The notes beneath the pieces were generated by a model. The model made no database searches and was not told the origin of the DNA. It saw only the letters and a list, made by a program, of their open reading frames with translations. A stretch of 64,000 bases of DNA from Octopus bimaculoides (Eukaryota): the NCBI RefSeq assembly GCF_001194135.2, contig NC_068986.1:112984964-113048963 (forward strand), written 5' to 3'. Below are positions 39,754 through 52,998 of the stretch, in pieces; position 1 is the first letter of the stretch; each line of letters begins with the position of its first letter. The translations under genes and the position numbers were made by a program.

Positions 39754-40325
39754 TCTTCCAGTTGTATATTACTGCATATCTCTTCCTCCTTCGCTCCAGG
39801 GAGGAGAGTCTTAGCTGTTTCATCATTCCCCAGTATCTTCACTGGATTACTTCAATGTCTGCTGTTAATTTTACACTGCGGGGTGGCTATAGCTGAGAGC
39901 TGTTGTCCAGAGGAGCATCATAAGTTCCTTCGCTCTGGTTCTGAAGGTACGCAGGACCCAGCCAGCCACCCAGCCGTCTTCACTTTATCGCCATCCTGGA
40001 ATGTGCACTTGGAAAGAGGTATCATCACTAATGTTCATACACAGGTCACGCACTGATTTGGGTTCTGGCATTGTAATCCCCACTGGCCTAGTGTATTCTG
40101 TAAGTTTTTCGTTCAGTCTTGGGTGATGTCAGCGCAGGGCTTAGCACTTTCCAGCATTAAACTGCATATTATTTCCGCAGCCCATCTGTAAATTGAGTCC
40201 AACACCTGCTGCAAGCGTGCAACGACGCTTAGGGTTTTGTACTTTCTGCGAGATTGGGCAGCTATCCAGGCATTTGAGGGCATATCTGAGAGGGCCATTA
40301 TGAAAAGCATTAGTCTCAAGGCTGG
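39754..40325 (-). mobile_element. CR1-like LINE RT fragment (YADD motif deleted)
   Basis: LFIMALSDMP...VARLQQVLDSIYRWA...NNMQFNAGK...VRDL..MNISDD...QLRLSSLERRRKRYAVIYNWK. Confidence 0.75.
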
Positions 40326-40352
40326 TGTATGCATGCATGTATATATGTATGC

Positions 40353-40399
<47 letters not shown>

Positions 40400-40665
40400 T
40401 GTGTATAAGTATGTATATACATACATATATATATATATATNNNNNNNNNNNNNNNNNNNNNNNNNNNNNNNNNNNNNNNNNNNNNNNNNNNNNNNNNNNN
40501 NNNNNNNNNNNNNNNAGATAAAATAAAAAAAGAAATAAGCGGAAATTTTACCGGTGAGTGTTAAATTACAAGGCACTAAAAGAGACTGACACTCCCCAGA
40601 CACAGGAGAATCTGCTTCGACACACGAACTCACATAGGGAATCTTGCAAACAAAAACCAAAAACG

Positions 40666-40722
<57 letters not shown>

Positions 40723-41166
40723 AGATGTATGTGTCTTCACTTTTCACAAGAAAACGGCTTCACCAGTAACTTCCATTCTTGCGATGCACAAATAATTACA
40801 CCTCAGACATATAATAGGGTCTTCATTTGATTTATTTTATTAGAAATAAAAAGATATTGCTTTATATTTATGATTCACTTCTTTAAGAATTTTCCTGAAC
40901 GTCAACTTCCGGTATTAACGTAAAAACCGTGAAGTCTCCCAGTCTCTATTTTAATGTTCGCTATTTGTAAACAACTGTGATAAATTACGGAAAGAAATAT
41001 TTACGAAGTTCACAGATTTAAATAATTCGGCACAAAATATTTTTCAACGTGCTTTTAGTTCAACGATTTTTTTCATTCCATGTTTATCTCATTCATTGTT
41101 TGCACTGTTCTCTGCCTGTCTCTCTATCTGTCTGTCTCTGTCTCTCTATGTGTCTGTCTCTGTCTT

Positions 41167-41216
<50 letters not shown>

Positions 41217-42024
41217 ACACGCCACTCCACCACCACATACATACACGCACCCCCTCACCACTACATACACACGCGCACACACATTCGTGGTTTCGTTTCG
41301 TTCTGAACTCGCACACTTCGTTAATTTCTGTAATTTTTGTTTATTTATTTTCTGTTTGCAGGCCATGTTTTTGTATGTACGTTTGTATAAATTTATGTAT
41401 GTGTGTGTCCGTCTGCCTGTGTGTGTATGAGTGACTGAAGGGGTGTGTTGTCATCTATACGTACATACATGAATACATATGCATACATCGTTTTTCTGTA
41501 TATGTATGTGCGCGTGTGTGTGAGAGAGAGAGAGAGAGATGTCCAAGTGGCAGTCTCTCACTCTCTCTCTCTCTCTCCCACACATACGCACACACGCACA
41601 TACATACAAGAAAGATGTACGCCTATTTATTTATGTATGCACATATACATGACAACACAACCCTTCACTTGCTCTCTCTCTCACACACACACGTGCACAC
41701 ATCTATTTCATAGGATATTTGATACTGTATGTATATGTACCTGTGTGTGTGTGTGCATGCATGCATACGTGCGATGTTCCACAATCGCCAGAGAAAAGCA
41801 AAGATCGGTTGCATGTAGATATGGTTTGAATAGGATTTAAACCGGGTGGATTTCAGGAATTTGTAACAATCTTTGCTTACCAGAGTTTAAAATATAAGAT
41901 TATTTAAAACAATGTGAGTTAAGAATTAAGAGCATAAACAGAAGTTAGATATAAGGCGGTGAATTGCCACAATATTGAGAGCAAAAGATTTTGCAATATT
42001 TGATCCGACTTAAGGCAATGATCT

Positions 42025-42215
42025 TGTAGAATCGATCGCACGCTGGCAAAGTGCCTAGCAGCATTTCGTCCGTTTTTTACGCTCAGCGCTAAAATTTCGC
42101 CTTTAATCCTTTCGGAGTTGATAAAATAAGTACAAGTTGAGCAATGGAGGTCGATGTAATCGACTTATCTCCTTCCCCTCAAATTGCTGGCCGTGTGACA
42201 AAATTTGAAGCTAAT
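42025..42215 (+). mobile_element. SINE, family A
   Basis: agaatcgatcgcacgctggcaaagtgcctagcagcatttcgtcc...gataaaataagtac...ggtcgatgtaatcgactt. Confidence 0.75.
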
Positions 42216-43384
42216 ATTTGTTCCGCTTCTTGACATCTAAGCTCGGCAACTCAGAGTCTATTATCCCCCTGTTTTTTGAATATATATTTAGTCAAACAAT
42301 CCACCTAATTTGCCGTCATTGTGACGGAGAAACTTTTCTAACAAATGATGTATGTATATCTGTTCCACATTATATAACTTCTCTTCATAACCTAAATCAA
42401 ATCGGTCTATTATTTAGGTTTAAAGGCGTAAAACATCTGAGGACGACAAGAAATCAAACTGACTGAAATGCGCAATAAAGATATACATTTTTTTTTTTGT
42501 GAAATCGTTTTATTTTGTTCTCTGGTTGTCTATTTGTCATTCTTTCTAGTGATTCAATTTATTTTAATGTCGATCAAATAATGTTTTTTTTTATATATAT
42601 ATAAACCAAAAACAAAATGCGTACGCTAGATGTTATGTCATATCTAAAGAACAACTACATCTTCACGCTGTAGTTATTATATACTAATTTGTCACTTAAT
42701 CATTCTTTACTGGTTTCCAAAGTAGATGATTGGAGTATCTATGCCAAAGATTCGGCTGCCAAATTATACACCATTCATTCACCTATTCAGCGAAGTTGTT
42801 GAGATTATTACTGCAATTATGGATAATTACGTATCTGAGAGACTTTACCATTTGGTAAAAACTCATCTCCAACTCATAAATTTTAAATTTCTAGAGTGCA
42901 ATTTGTAATCTAGAGGTGACGTACAAAAATCCTCTGGTACCTTGAGGTTACAACATACTGAAAGAAGGACAAAAAGAAAGAAAGAAACAAAGAAACAATT
43001 AGAGAGACTTTCAAAGTTACAGTTGAGAAATGTACACAAACAAGATTATCTAGACATGGTGCTGTCGTTCATATACTAAAGCTTACACAGGTGTTATATA
43101 TATGAGTATACATGTGTGCCTGTATATGCGTATATATACTTATGCATATAAGTGTGTGTGTGTGTGGGGGGAGAGGGCGAGGTGAGAAAGATACATATTC
43201 ACTGTTATATAAGTGTGCTACAAACGTAATTATATATTCACATTTAACGAGATCAGACAGATAAATAACAGGTCATGATCCGGCAACTGTCTTGCGATGA
43301 GTTACGATTTGAAACAAAAAGGAGAACGTATCACAACATCCGCTGTATTCGTCACTTTAAGATTGTAGAAAATATCAAAACTAT

Positions 43385-43697
<313 letters not shown>

Positions 43698-43734
43698 CTC
43701 GGAGTTAGTAGCCCGCGCTCTTAACTACTACGCT

Positions 43735-44046
<312 letters not shown>

Positions 44047-44215
44047 AACATCGAACAATACCTTAGGAATGGGAACCCAGTTTCGAAATTTGCCAAAGAC
44101 ACCTGATGAAGGTTGGAGAGTATATCAGCCGAAACGTTGTGTTAACAACAAGATGAAGACAAATATCCGTCGAATGTAAATAATGTAATTAATGTACATA
44201 CTTTCTCATCTCTTA
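44047..44215 (+). mobile_element. PLE-derived short repeat (HHR family 1), copy C
   Basis: acatcgaacaataccttagg...gacacctgatgaaggttgg...cagccgaaacgttgtgttaac...atccgtcgaatgtaaat. Confidence 0.85.
44098..44143 (+). ncRNA. Minimal type-I hammerhead ribozyme motif (PLE type), near-intact
   Basis: Stem I GACAC/GTGTT; core CTGATGA; one extra A; stem II GGTTG/CAGCC; GAAA; palindromic stem III ACGT. The triplet at the cleavage position is GUU (non-canonical). Confidence 0.65.
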
Positions 44216-44728
44216 AACATATAACTCTATCAAAACTTTTTATTCAGCTCGTTTGTACCAACAACTTGTTTCTTTGAGATGTGAATCATTAGGATCCCAA
44301 ATCACCTGTGCTGGTGTTTTCGTATAGTATGGTAAAAGGTAAATAGGAGCAGAGACCTGCCGAAAGGAATAAATTGTTTTTCTTCTTGAATCCACAAAAG
44401 ATTTCGCTTCGGACTCCAATTGTCCTCCGGCGTCTTATTGCTATAAATGTGCATACAACCCGCAATACATACGTACAACGTGCAGTGTAACACAATCTCC
44501 ATCGAAAAACATAGCAAATGTTAGTTCAGGAATTAATGTATCTATCTATCTATCCATCTATCTCTCTGTCCGTCCGTCCACCCATTTCCCTCTGTGTATG
44601 CTTGTATGAATGTGTATATGTGTATGCGTGTGTGTGTGTGTGTGTATGTTTGTGTGTGTGTGTGTGTGTATGTGTGTGTGTGTATTTGCGTATGTGCGAA
44701 AATGGCTGCCGCTTTCTTGTTATATTCA

Positions 44729-44827
<99 letters not shown>

Positions 44828-45207
44828 CTACATACATATATAATACACACACACACAAACACACACATATATATATATTGTGCGTGCGTGTTTGTGTGTA
44901 GATATGTATACGCACAAATATGAGGTAAGAGATAGTTTAGTAACTTTTATATATGTCGGACATAACTGCCAATAATTAGAAGTGAACCGCTTTTCGTTTT
45001 TGCTTGTGTTTTCTTTATTTATGTAGATTCTGCTATTTTGATTGTCTAACTGGCAGTGACCCCAACTTTGTCCGGCAAAGGTCGTAGTAGTAGATGTTGT
45101 CCGAAATGGTGTGATCAGTGTCGTAGAAGTCATATTGGGGGATAATACAGCAACGGATACCGATAGTATATACGGATACTTTATCCCTTAGTCGGTTACT
45201 ATAACTC

Positions 45208-45239
<32 letters not shown>

Positions 45240-48067
45240 TAAAGAGAGACAGTATGAGAGTCTCTACATTGAAAATTTTATTCGCAAAATAATGGGCTTA
45301 TAATTTTGGTTCAATTTCGATCGACGGGGAAATGAACCTGGAACTATAAATTTCCGCAACAAACATCATTACAACATATCCATACTTGCACTACGTATTN
45401 NNNNNNNNNNNNNNNNNNNNNNNNNNNNNNNNNNNNNNNNNNNNNNNNNNNNNNNNNNNNNNNNNNNNNNNNNNNNNNNNNNNNNNNNNNNNNNNNNNNN
45501 NNNNNNNNNNNNNNNNNNNNNNNNNNNNNNNNNNNNNNNNNNNNNNNNNNNNNNNNNNNNNNNNNNNNNNNNNNNNNNNNNNNNNNNNNNNNNNNNNNNN
45601 NNNNNNNNNNNNNNNNNNNNNNNNNNNNNNNNNNNNNNNNNNNNNNNNNNNNNNNNNNNNNNNNNNNNNNNNNNNNNNNNNNNNNNNNNNNNNNNNNNNN
45701 NNNNNNNNNNNNNNNNNNNNNNNNNNNNNNNNNNNNNNNNNNNNNNNNNNNNNNNNNNNNNNNNNNNNNNNNNNNNNNNNNNNNNNNNNNNNNNNNNNNN
45801 NNNNNNNNNNNNNNNNNNNNNNNNNNNNNNNNNNNNNNNNNNNNNNNNNNNNNNNNNNNNNNNNNNNNNNNNNNNNNNNNNNNNNNNNNNNNNNNNNNNN
45901 NNNNNNNNNNNNNNNNNNNNNNNNNNNNNNNNNNNNNNNNNNNNNNNNNNNNNNNNNNNNNNNNNNNNNNNNNNNNNNNNNNNNNNNNNNNNNNNNNNNN
46001 NNNNNNNNNNNNNNNNNNNNNNNNNNNNNNNNNNNNNNNNNNNNNNNNNNNNNNNNNNNNNNNNNNNNNNNNNNNNNNNNNNNNNNNNNNNNNNNNNNNN
46101 NNNNNNNNNNNNNNNNNNNNNNNNNNNNNNNNNNNNNNNNNNNNNNNNNNNNNNNNNNNNNNNNNNNNNNNNNNNNNNNNNNNNNNNNNNNNNNNNNNNN
46201 NNNTATATATATAAAGATATACGTATATACATGTATATATGTATGTATCTATCTATATATATGCATACATACATACGCACACTTGCACATACCCGTTTTT
46301 ATATGTATATATATATATATATATATACACAGACATTTAACATAGTAAGTTAATATATGCAGACTTATTCCTTTCGCTTTCATCTACCTCATTAACATTC
46401 ATGTGTGTGTGTATGTGTGTGTGTGTGTGTGTGTGTGGGGGTGTGTGTGCAAGCAAGTATGTTTTGTAGTGTGTAATTGCGGGTGTATGTATATGAACAT
46501 AACCTAGGGTGTCCTTCAGCATGCTATTATCTCATTCTCGCGCTCTATCGATACATCTGAAAACGATCGCCATATAACATGATTAACATAACCCCACGAT
46601 GTTCTGTTTCATGTTATTTAGTTTAAATAAATATACGAATGCATATATTTTCTGAATATTTGATGACACATGTATAAAAATTACACCTACATTTATGTAT
46701 GTGTACACACGCCTTTACACACACACATACATANNNNNNNNNNNNNNNNNNNNNNNNNNNNNNNNNNNNNNNNNNNNNNNNNNNNNNNNNNNNNNNNNNN
46801 NNNNNNNNNNNNNNNNNNNNNNNNNNNNNNNNNNNNNNNNNNNNNNNNNNNNNNNNNNNNNNNNNNNNNNNNNNNNNNNNNNTATATATATATATATATA
46901 TCCATATACATATATATCTGTTTGTGTGTCAATGTATCTATCTTACGGGTGTAGATGTAATGATAGTTTTATATATAGGTACCTAGCTCTTGTGTGTGTG
47001 AGTGTGTGTGTGTCTGTGCGTGTGTGTGTTTGTTTCTGTTTGTGTGTATGTGTGTCTGTGTACTGTAACCCTACGGCAATGGAAGTATGATGCAGCTGTA
47101 AGTAATACCAAAGGATATCACGATTGCTTCTGAATACTTCATATGTTTTACCTAGAGTAAGCACAATAAAATATTCATTCCCAATTTAAAACATACGCCT
47201 TTCTTAACTTTCTACATTTATCTAAAGATATCACATACTGATTCTACGCTTCCCAACGACATATTAAGACACACATACACGCACACAGACATTATATAAA
47301 CACCTGTACACACATATACGTATTTTAGACGTTTTTATATGTATGTATACATTTATTATATTTATTTAAGCATGATATCCCCTAAGTCTTAATTTGTGTT
47401 TCACGTTTACATTCATTAAACGATTGTTTATATTAAAGCAAGAATATGAAGTAAAATTATATAAACGCCCGTCTGAAAGAAAATCTACCGGAAACATTCC
47501 TGAGTAGAAAATATATTCGTAAATACTGATAAACATATACGCAAAGTTTCCATCGAGATGGTTAGAAAACTGTTTGTATTTGACGCTGGGCTTTTCAAAG
47601 GTAGCATTATTTCGTTTCTTTCTTATTTATGCCCGAAAGACCAATTTTAATAAGGTATTTGTTATTTAAATAATGTTAGCCTTCATTATTAAAAGTCAGA
47701 GAATAAATGTAAAATGTGGAATGGACAACGAAATAGGTTTTGGGAAATTCATGTTATACAGGATGAAACTACAGTCCCGATTTTGATCTCTTAGGCATGA
47801 CCCCATGTGTCCATAAGTGTGACGTTATATGCACAATCCGTTTGATTATATATGCTTAGAGGTTTGTGCATACACTTTGTAGCATTTTCGTAGAAATGTT
47901 TCTTGGCTGTACACAACCATACGGAAGAACATACCAACAATATGCACATGCAGGCATGCACAACATAATCCCATGTGCAACCGCATGCACTCTTTATATA
48001 AATGCATACGCAGAAAATACCAAGTACATAATAGCAAATGACTCAATATGTGCGTCCAGGAAGGCAC

Positions 48068-48140
48068 CGGAGCGGGCAGAATCGTTAGCACGCCTGGCAA
48101 AATGCTTAACGGTACTTCGTCTGTTTTAACGTTCTGAGGT
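48068..48140 (+). mobile_element. SINE family A, 5' fragment
   Basis: gcgggcagaatcgttagcacgcctggcaaaatgcttaacggtacttcgtctgttttaacgttctgag. Confidence 0.75.
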
Positions 48141-48509
48141 GTACTTGTGCATTTGTATGTAGGGGTGTGAGAGTATCGTCTGTGTTAAGGTGTACGAGTT
48201 CGATAAGTATCTATGATTGATCATTAATCGACTGAAGACGTTGCATTTGGATGGGTATTGCATACGCGTGAGTTTGAGTGTGTGACACAATCTGAGAGAA
48301 CTTCCACTCTGTGTGTAGGGTCACGTCTGCAGTGTCTTTTGCGTGCGTCTGTACAGGTAAACACATATAGGCATTGTGTATCCATAGAAGTAGTATATAC
48401 ATATATTTGTGTGCGTGTGTGTATGTGTATGCATTTGAAGCGTAGTGGAGGAGTGAGTTTGTGTATACAGGAAAGAGTGAGCAAATTTATATCTGGCTGT
48501 TCTCAGATG

Positions 48510-49235
48510 AACACATGTGTGTGAGGCGTTAGAGGCAGAGGTGTTTTACCAAGTGTCAATCCACTTGACCTATCTAACAGATGGTTCCATTTTTCAAAGT
48601 ATTACACAGCATTTCATACACATTTTCATCTCACTTTTCATCTCCAAGTTTTGTCTTTGCATATATTATCGACGCATTTACTTTTATTATCTCAACTTCG
48701 TACTAGACTTCCTTCGAAATAACTGTCTACCCGATGACTCATTCCACGGCATCTTATTTTATTTCAATGTTAGGTTACGTATCTTGTTAACGATAACAAT
48801 CATTAATTACCATCTAGTATTCTTGATTGGCTCAACCCCCGCTCCTAAGCACAAGGAATTCACCTCCACACTTTCAGTGTCCACTCAAAGACCAGTGTCA
48901 ATTTCAACAATTCTGGAAAATGAATTTCTCAAATATTTTGATTTTCTGTGGGACATTTGCTTTTCCAGTGATAATTATACCCACACGGATTCTATACATG
49001 GATATTTACAGTTGGAATGGAATTATACTCCAAGTACTTTCTGTTCTTTGTTTTATCTTCTCCGCATTGCTCTCATTTCTTACTGCAAATCTCCTCCTAC
49101 AGATCTAATAATCCTTAACATCTACTATTACCGTCTCCGATGAAGGGATACATTGAATTTTCCCTGAAACAGCTGTAAGACATTCTACATAAAATATAAA
49201 TTTACTTATGCCATTGGTCTCTTGATGTCATTCTT
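48510..49235 (+). mobile_element. Probable PLE-derived repeat (HHR family 2) with the HHR near its 3' end
   Basis: Non-microsatellite block between microsatellites, ending in an HHR motif. The 5' boundary is approximate. Confidence 0.5.
49133..49181 (+). ncRNA. Minimal type-I hammerhead ribozyme motif with a U4-to-C change
   Basis: Stem I GTCT/AGAC; core CCGATGA; stem II AGGGA/TCCCT; GAAA; perfect palindromic stem III ACAGCTGT; canonical GUA cleavage triplet. Confidence 0.7.
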
Positions 49236-49436
49236 TTATATGTATATATATATGTATATATATATNNNNNNNNNNNNNNNNNNNNNNNNNNNNNNNNNNN
49301 NNNNNNNNNNNNNNNNNNNNNNNNNNNNNNNNNNNNNNNNNNNNNNNNNNNNNNNNNNNNNNNNNNNNNNNNNNNNNNNNNNNNNNNNNNNNNNNNNNNN
49401 NNNNNNNNNNNNNNNNNNNNNNNNNNNNNNNNNNNN

Positions 49437-49482
<46 letters not shown>

Positions 49483-49483
49483 A

Positions 49484-49518
<35 letters not shown>

Positions 49519-51779
49519 TGTACACTATATAAATAGAAGTTGTGAGAAATTTAGAGTGAATGAGATACACTTTAAAAATATTTCACCATTTTTCTCTCAT
49601 AATTTTCGAACACAAGATGCTTCAATATATCTGTCCCCAATCGTAAATATATCGAAACATTGAATGTTAAGGTGATGGACCTCTATCTCTCCAGCAATCA
49701 GCTATCGACACCGCTCCCACTCACTCTTCCACCATATATATATATATACACTCACCCAAGAACCAAAATGTATAATACAAACCTTATATTTCAAAGCACG
49801 CGCTCGCAGACACACTTCAACATGTAGTCAGGCACATATGTGTGTGGGAGAGAGATAGAGAGAGAGTGAGGGGTTGGAAAAGAGAGGCAGGGTGTGTTGC
49901 GGATGTGCAAGTGAAAGAATGTTCGTACAAAATGCTTTTCCCATTGTAAAAATAAATAAAAAGAAAATAAAGAAATGAAAATGTCCAAAGCCAATTCCTT
50001 GTTTCAAACGAAATTGTGGTTTAAAGAATATATTTACAGATATTATAATTTGGAATCGTTTGATAAAAATGATTGATATCCTGGAAGAGTTATTACACTC
50101 ACTGAAGCTTGATATCTCCCAGAGAACGTGCTACAAGTTGCTGCGAACTGTGTATATCCCTACATATTGAACGATAGATGAACTCATAAATATGCATGTA
50201 CATATAGACCCTCTTAAACGCATGCACATTTATATGCAATTTAACATAAACGTTTGCGTGCGTTTGTGTGAGTATTGTGTTTGGAATATATATGCATACA
50301 TACATGCATATATGCATTGTTCCTATTCATACGGAAAAACAAACACACACATAGATACACACGTATATGAATACATCTATACGTGCATATTTAGGTTTAT
50401 AAATAGGTAAAAAGTACTCAATATGTTAATCAGTGAGCGTCCCACTCTGTCATATACATACATACATACATACATACATGCGTACATACATACATACATA
50501 CATGCGTACATATATGTATGTATGAGAGAGGGAGAAAGAGAGAAGCAGGTAAATGACTGTGTACTCATATGCTCGCGCGCACACAGTCGTTTGCGTACGT
50601 ATGTGTATGGGCGTATATGCTTCTGCGCGTATGTTTTAAGTTTATGTGAAGAAGTGTATATTTCCTCTGCCCAATTCCTACTCTACACCGACCATGTGAT
50701 TTTAATATTCAATTAGATAATGGTTCTTAATTTTCAGACCACCAGCTGATTTAGTCTTTCTTCTAAGATCTATAATTGAATTTTTATTTAAGAAACCATC
50801 CTCACATACATTTGGGTTTCGGCGAATTATTTGTCTCGATATATCTATCCCTTTGATCAGAGACCGAAACCAATTCTTATCTCTTCTCTTGTGTTCTTTA
50901 ATTTTCCTCTCGTAATCAGAGGAGATTTTCTTTTTCTTTTTCTTTATTTTAGGTTTCTAAATATTTTTATCTGAATATAATCAAATCATATATGTGAGTG
51001 ATGTAAGATATAGACTAAATTCTATTTGTCTCCTTTGTGAACGAAATGTTAAGTTTCAATTGAGGAACGGCGGTTATAGAATATGTTTATGAAATATGAA
51101 GATTTATATCAAATATGATTGCAGCGAATAAGATTTGTATTGAATATGAAAAATGGAATGGTCCAAAAGCACAGGGAAATTGTCTCGTGGATACGCTTAC
51201 TGGAATAATGCCTGCTAGTAAATAATGTATTCAAAATCCCTTGGTTTCAATTTATTCTGTATCTGTGAAGAACGCGATTATTTTCCAATTTCTCAATCAC
51301 TCTATCGTCAATAAATAAAATGTCGTACTTTGTGTTGCTCAAGTAGTTATTCTTTCCCCTCCCCCTGTGGTTTACTTAATCGACGGAAATAAATAACGTA
51401 CCTTTCTAATGCCAATATGGAGTCTTCTCAATCATCTCTTGACCTGCTGCATTTAGCCACCAATTCACCCCTTGTCGTATTCTCCTGTTTTTGAAGAGTG
51501 ATGCCCACATAGTGAAAGAAGAATAGGTAGTCACGGATGATATTCCTTTGATTATAGTTGAAGTTGATTAACGAAACGAATAACGAAACTAGACCAACCG
51601 TTATGCGAGCACCTGGAATAACAACCAAGTAATTTTTGTTTTTAAGCTTGGACACTATATAAAGCATTTTCACATAAACTGCCATGTGTAACTGCGGATT
51701 TAAATAGTAAATTATACTGATGTGAACTCCTAATCTACTCTCTCGAGGTTTATTATTAATGCCAGATCAAAGGCCACAA

Positions 51780-51990
51780 ACTAGCAGAATCCTTACCGCG
51801 TAGGAAAATAGGTTGAGAATAATATCTTCTGTTCTGTACGTTCAGAGTTCAAGTCGTTGCGAATTTCGACTTTGTCTTTTATTCGTTAAAGGCTGAAAAA
51901 TAAATATAAATAGAACACTGGGGGGGGGGTCAACATAATCGACTTTATTCGCCCCCAAAATTTCGAGCTTTGTGTCTATAAATAGAAGAA
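51780..51990 (+). mobile_element. SINE family A (degenerate)
   Basis: ctagcagaatccttacc...tacgttcagagttcaag...cgactttgtc...ggggtcaacataatcgacttt. Confidence 0.6.
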
Positions 51991-52529
51991 ATGTTACTGC
52001 CCGATCATGCTGCAGCAAACGAAGCCGGACAATTGGCCTGCTCGAAATCGTAGCCAAATTATCCTCTAATGACTGATTACAACACTTAAAAGGCTAAATA
52101 GATTTTATGCGACACATCCATATAACAACTAGACCAGTGAGTGTGTAGATCAGGAATGAAGCTGTTCACAGGAATGTTATCGATCATTGTCGACCTCAGA
52201 CAAAAGAACATATTTTGGCAATAATACTTCATTCTGTCATACCGATACTTATAAAGAAATCATTAGACCCTTTACAATTTCTTATATATATTCTCAGGTG
52301 TGACTATTTTCAGGTGCGGCTATTCATAGTAGGTCATTGCTCATTATGGTTTATGGGACTTCTGACAGTTATTGGAGAGAGGGAAAAGAGTACCAACAAA
52401 CGAGAAATTTGTACTGTCGTGTGTACTCTACAAAAACATCTAAACTGAATATGTTAGTATCCAGGGAAACTGGTTGTTCAGAGTAGCCATGAATAAATCC
52501 TGTTTAATGATTTTAATAAAATGAAATTA

Positions 52530-52730
52530 TAGCACGTGCTTGAGAACTGAGAATGTTTTAATATCACTGGCCTGGGAAATATTTGGACAGGGATTAAAGG
52601 GTATTAGAAAGCTGTAAATTAAACTAGGAACACTAAGCAGTATGAGTAAGAGATGAAATAAAATGTATAGTCTAAAAACACTGGGTATGGAGGAGCAATA
52701 TAAGTGAAAAGGTATCATGGGTAAGGTTTA
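52530..52730 (-). mobile_element. Possible decayed L2-like LINE 3' end
   Basis: Minus translation HLYCSSIPSVF...PNISQASDIKTFSVLKHVL loosely resembles the L2 C-terminus. Confidence 0.25.
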
Positions 52731-52960
52731 TAATAGTCTAATATTGCAAAGAAAATATGTCAAAACACGCAGAGAAGGTGATGACGAAATATTATACGAT
52801 CAATTGACTTGTTTGAAATGGCAGGGAATCACGTTTTAAATCACAATTACTGTTTTTAAAATATATATCATCCATTCGTTATTTTAGCCACTCACTTTTT
52901 ACTTATTACTGAGTACTGGCAGATCGTTAATCATAGAAATACAAGAATAGCATTGATATG

Positions 52961-52998
<38 letters not shown>

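Noticed and set aside
44370-45150. Cys-rich peptides (DSNCPPASYCYKC; RCCPKWCDQC)
   Set aside because: Short frames bounded by stops, without convincing paired splice sites or a recognisable domain spacing.
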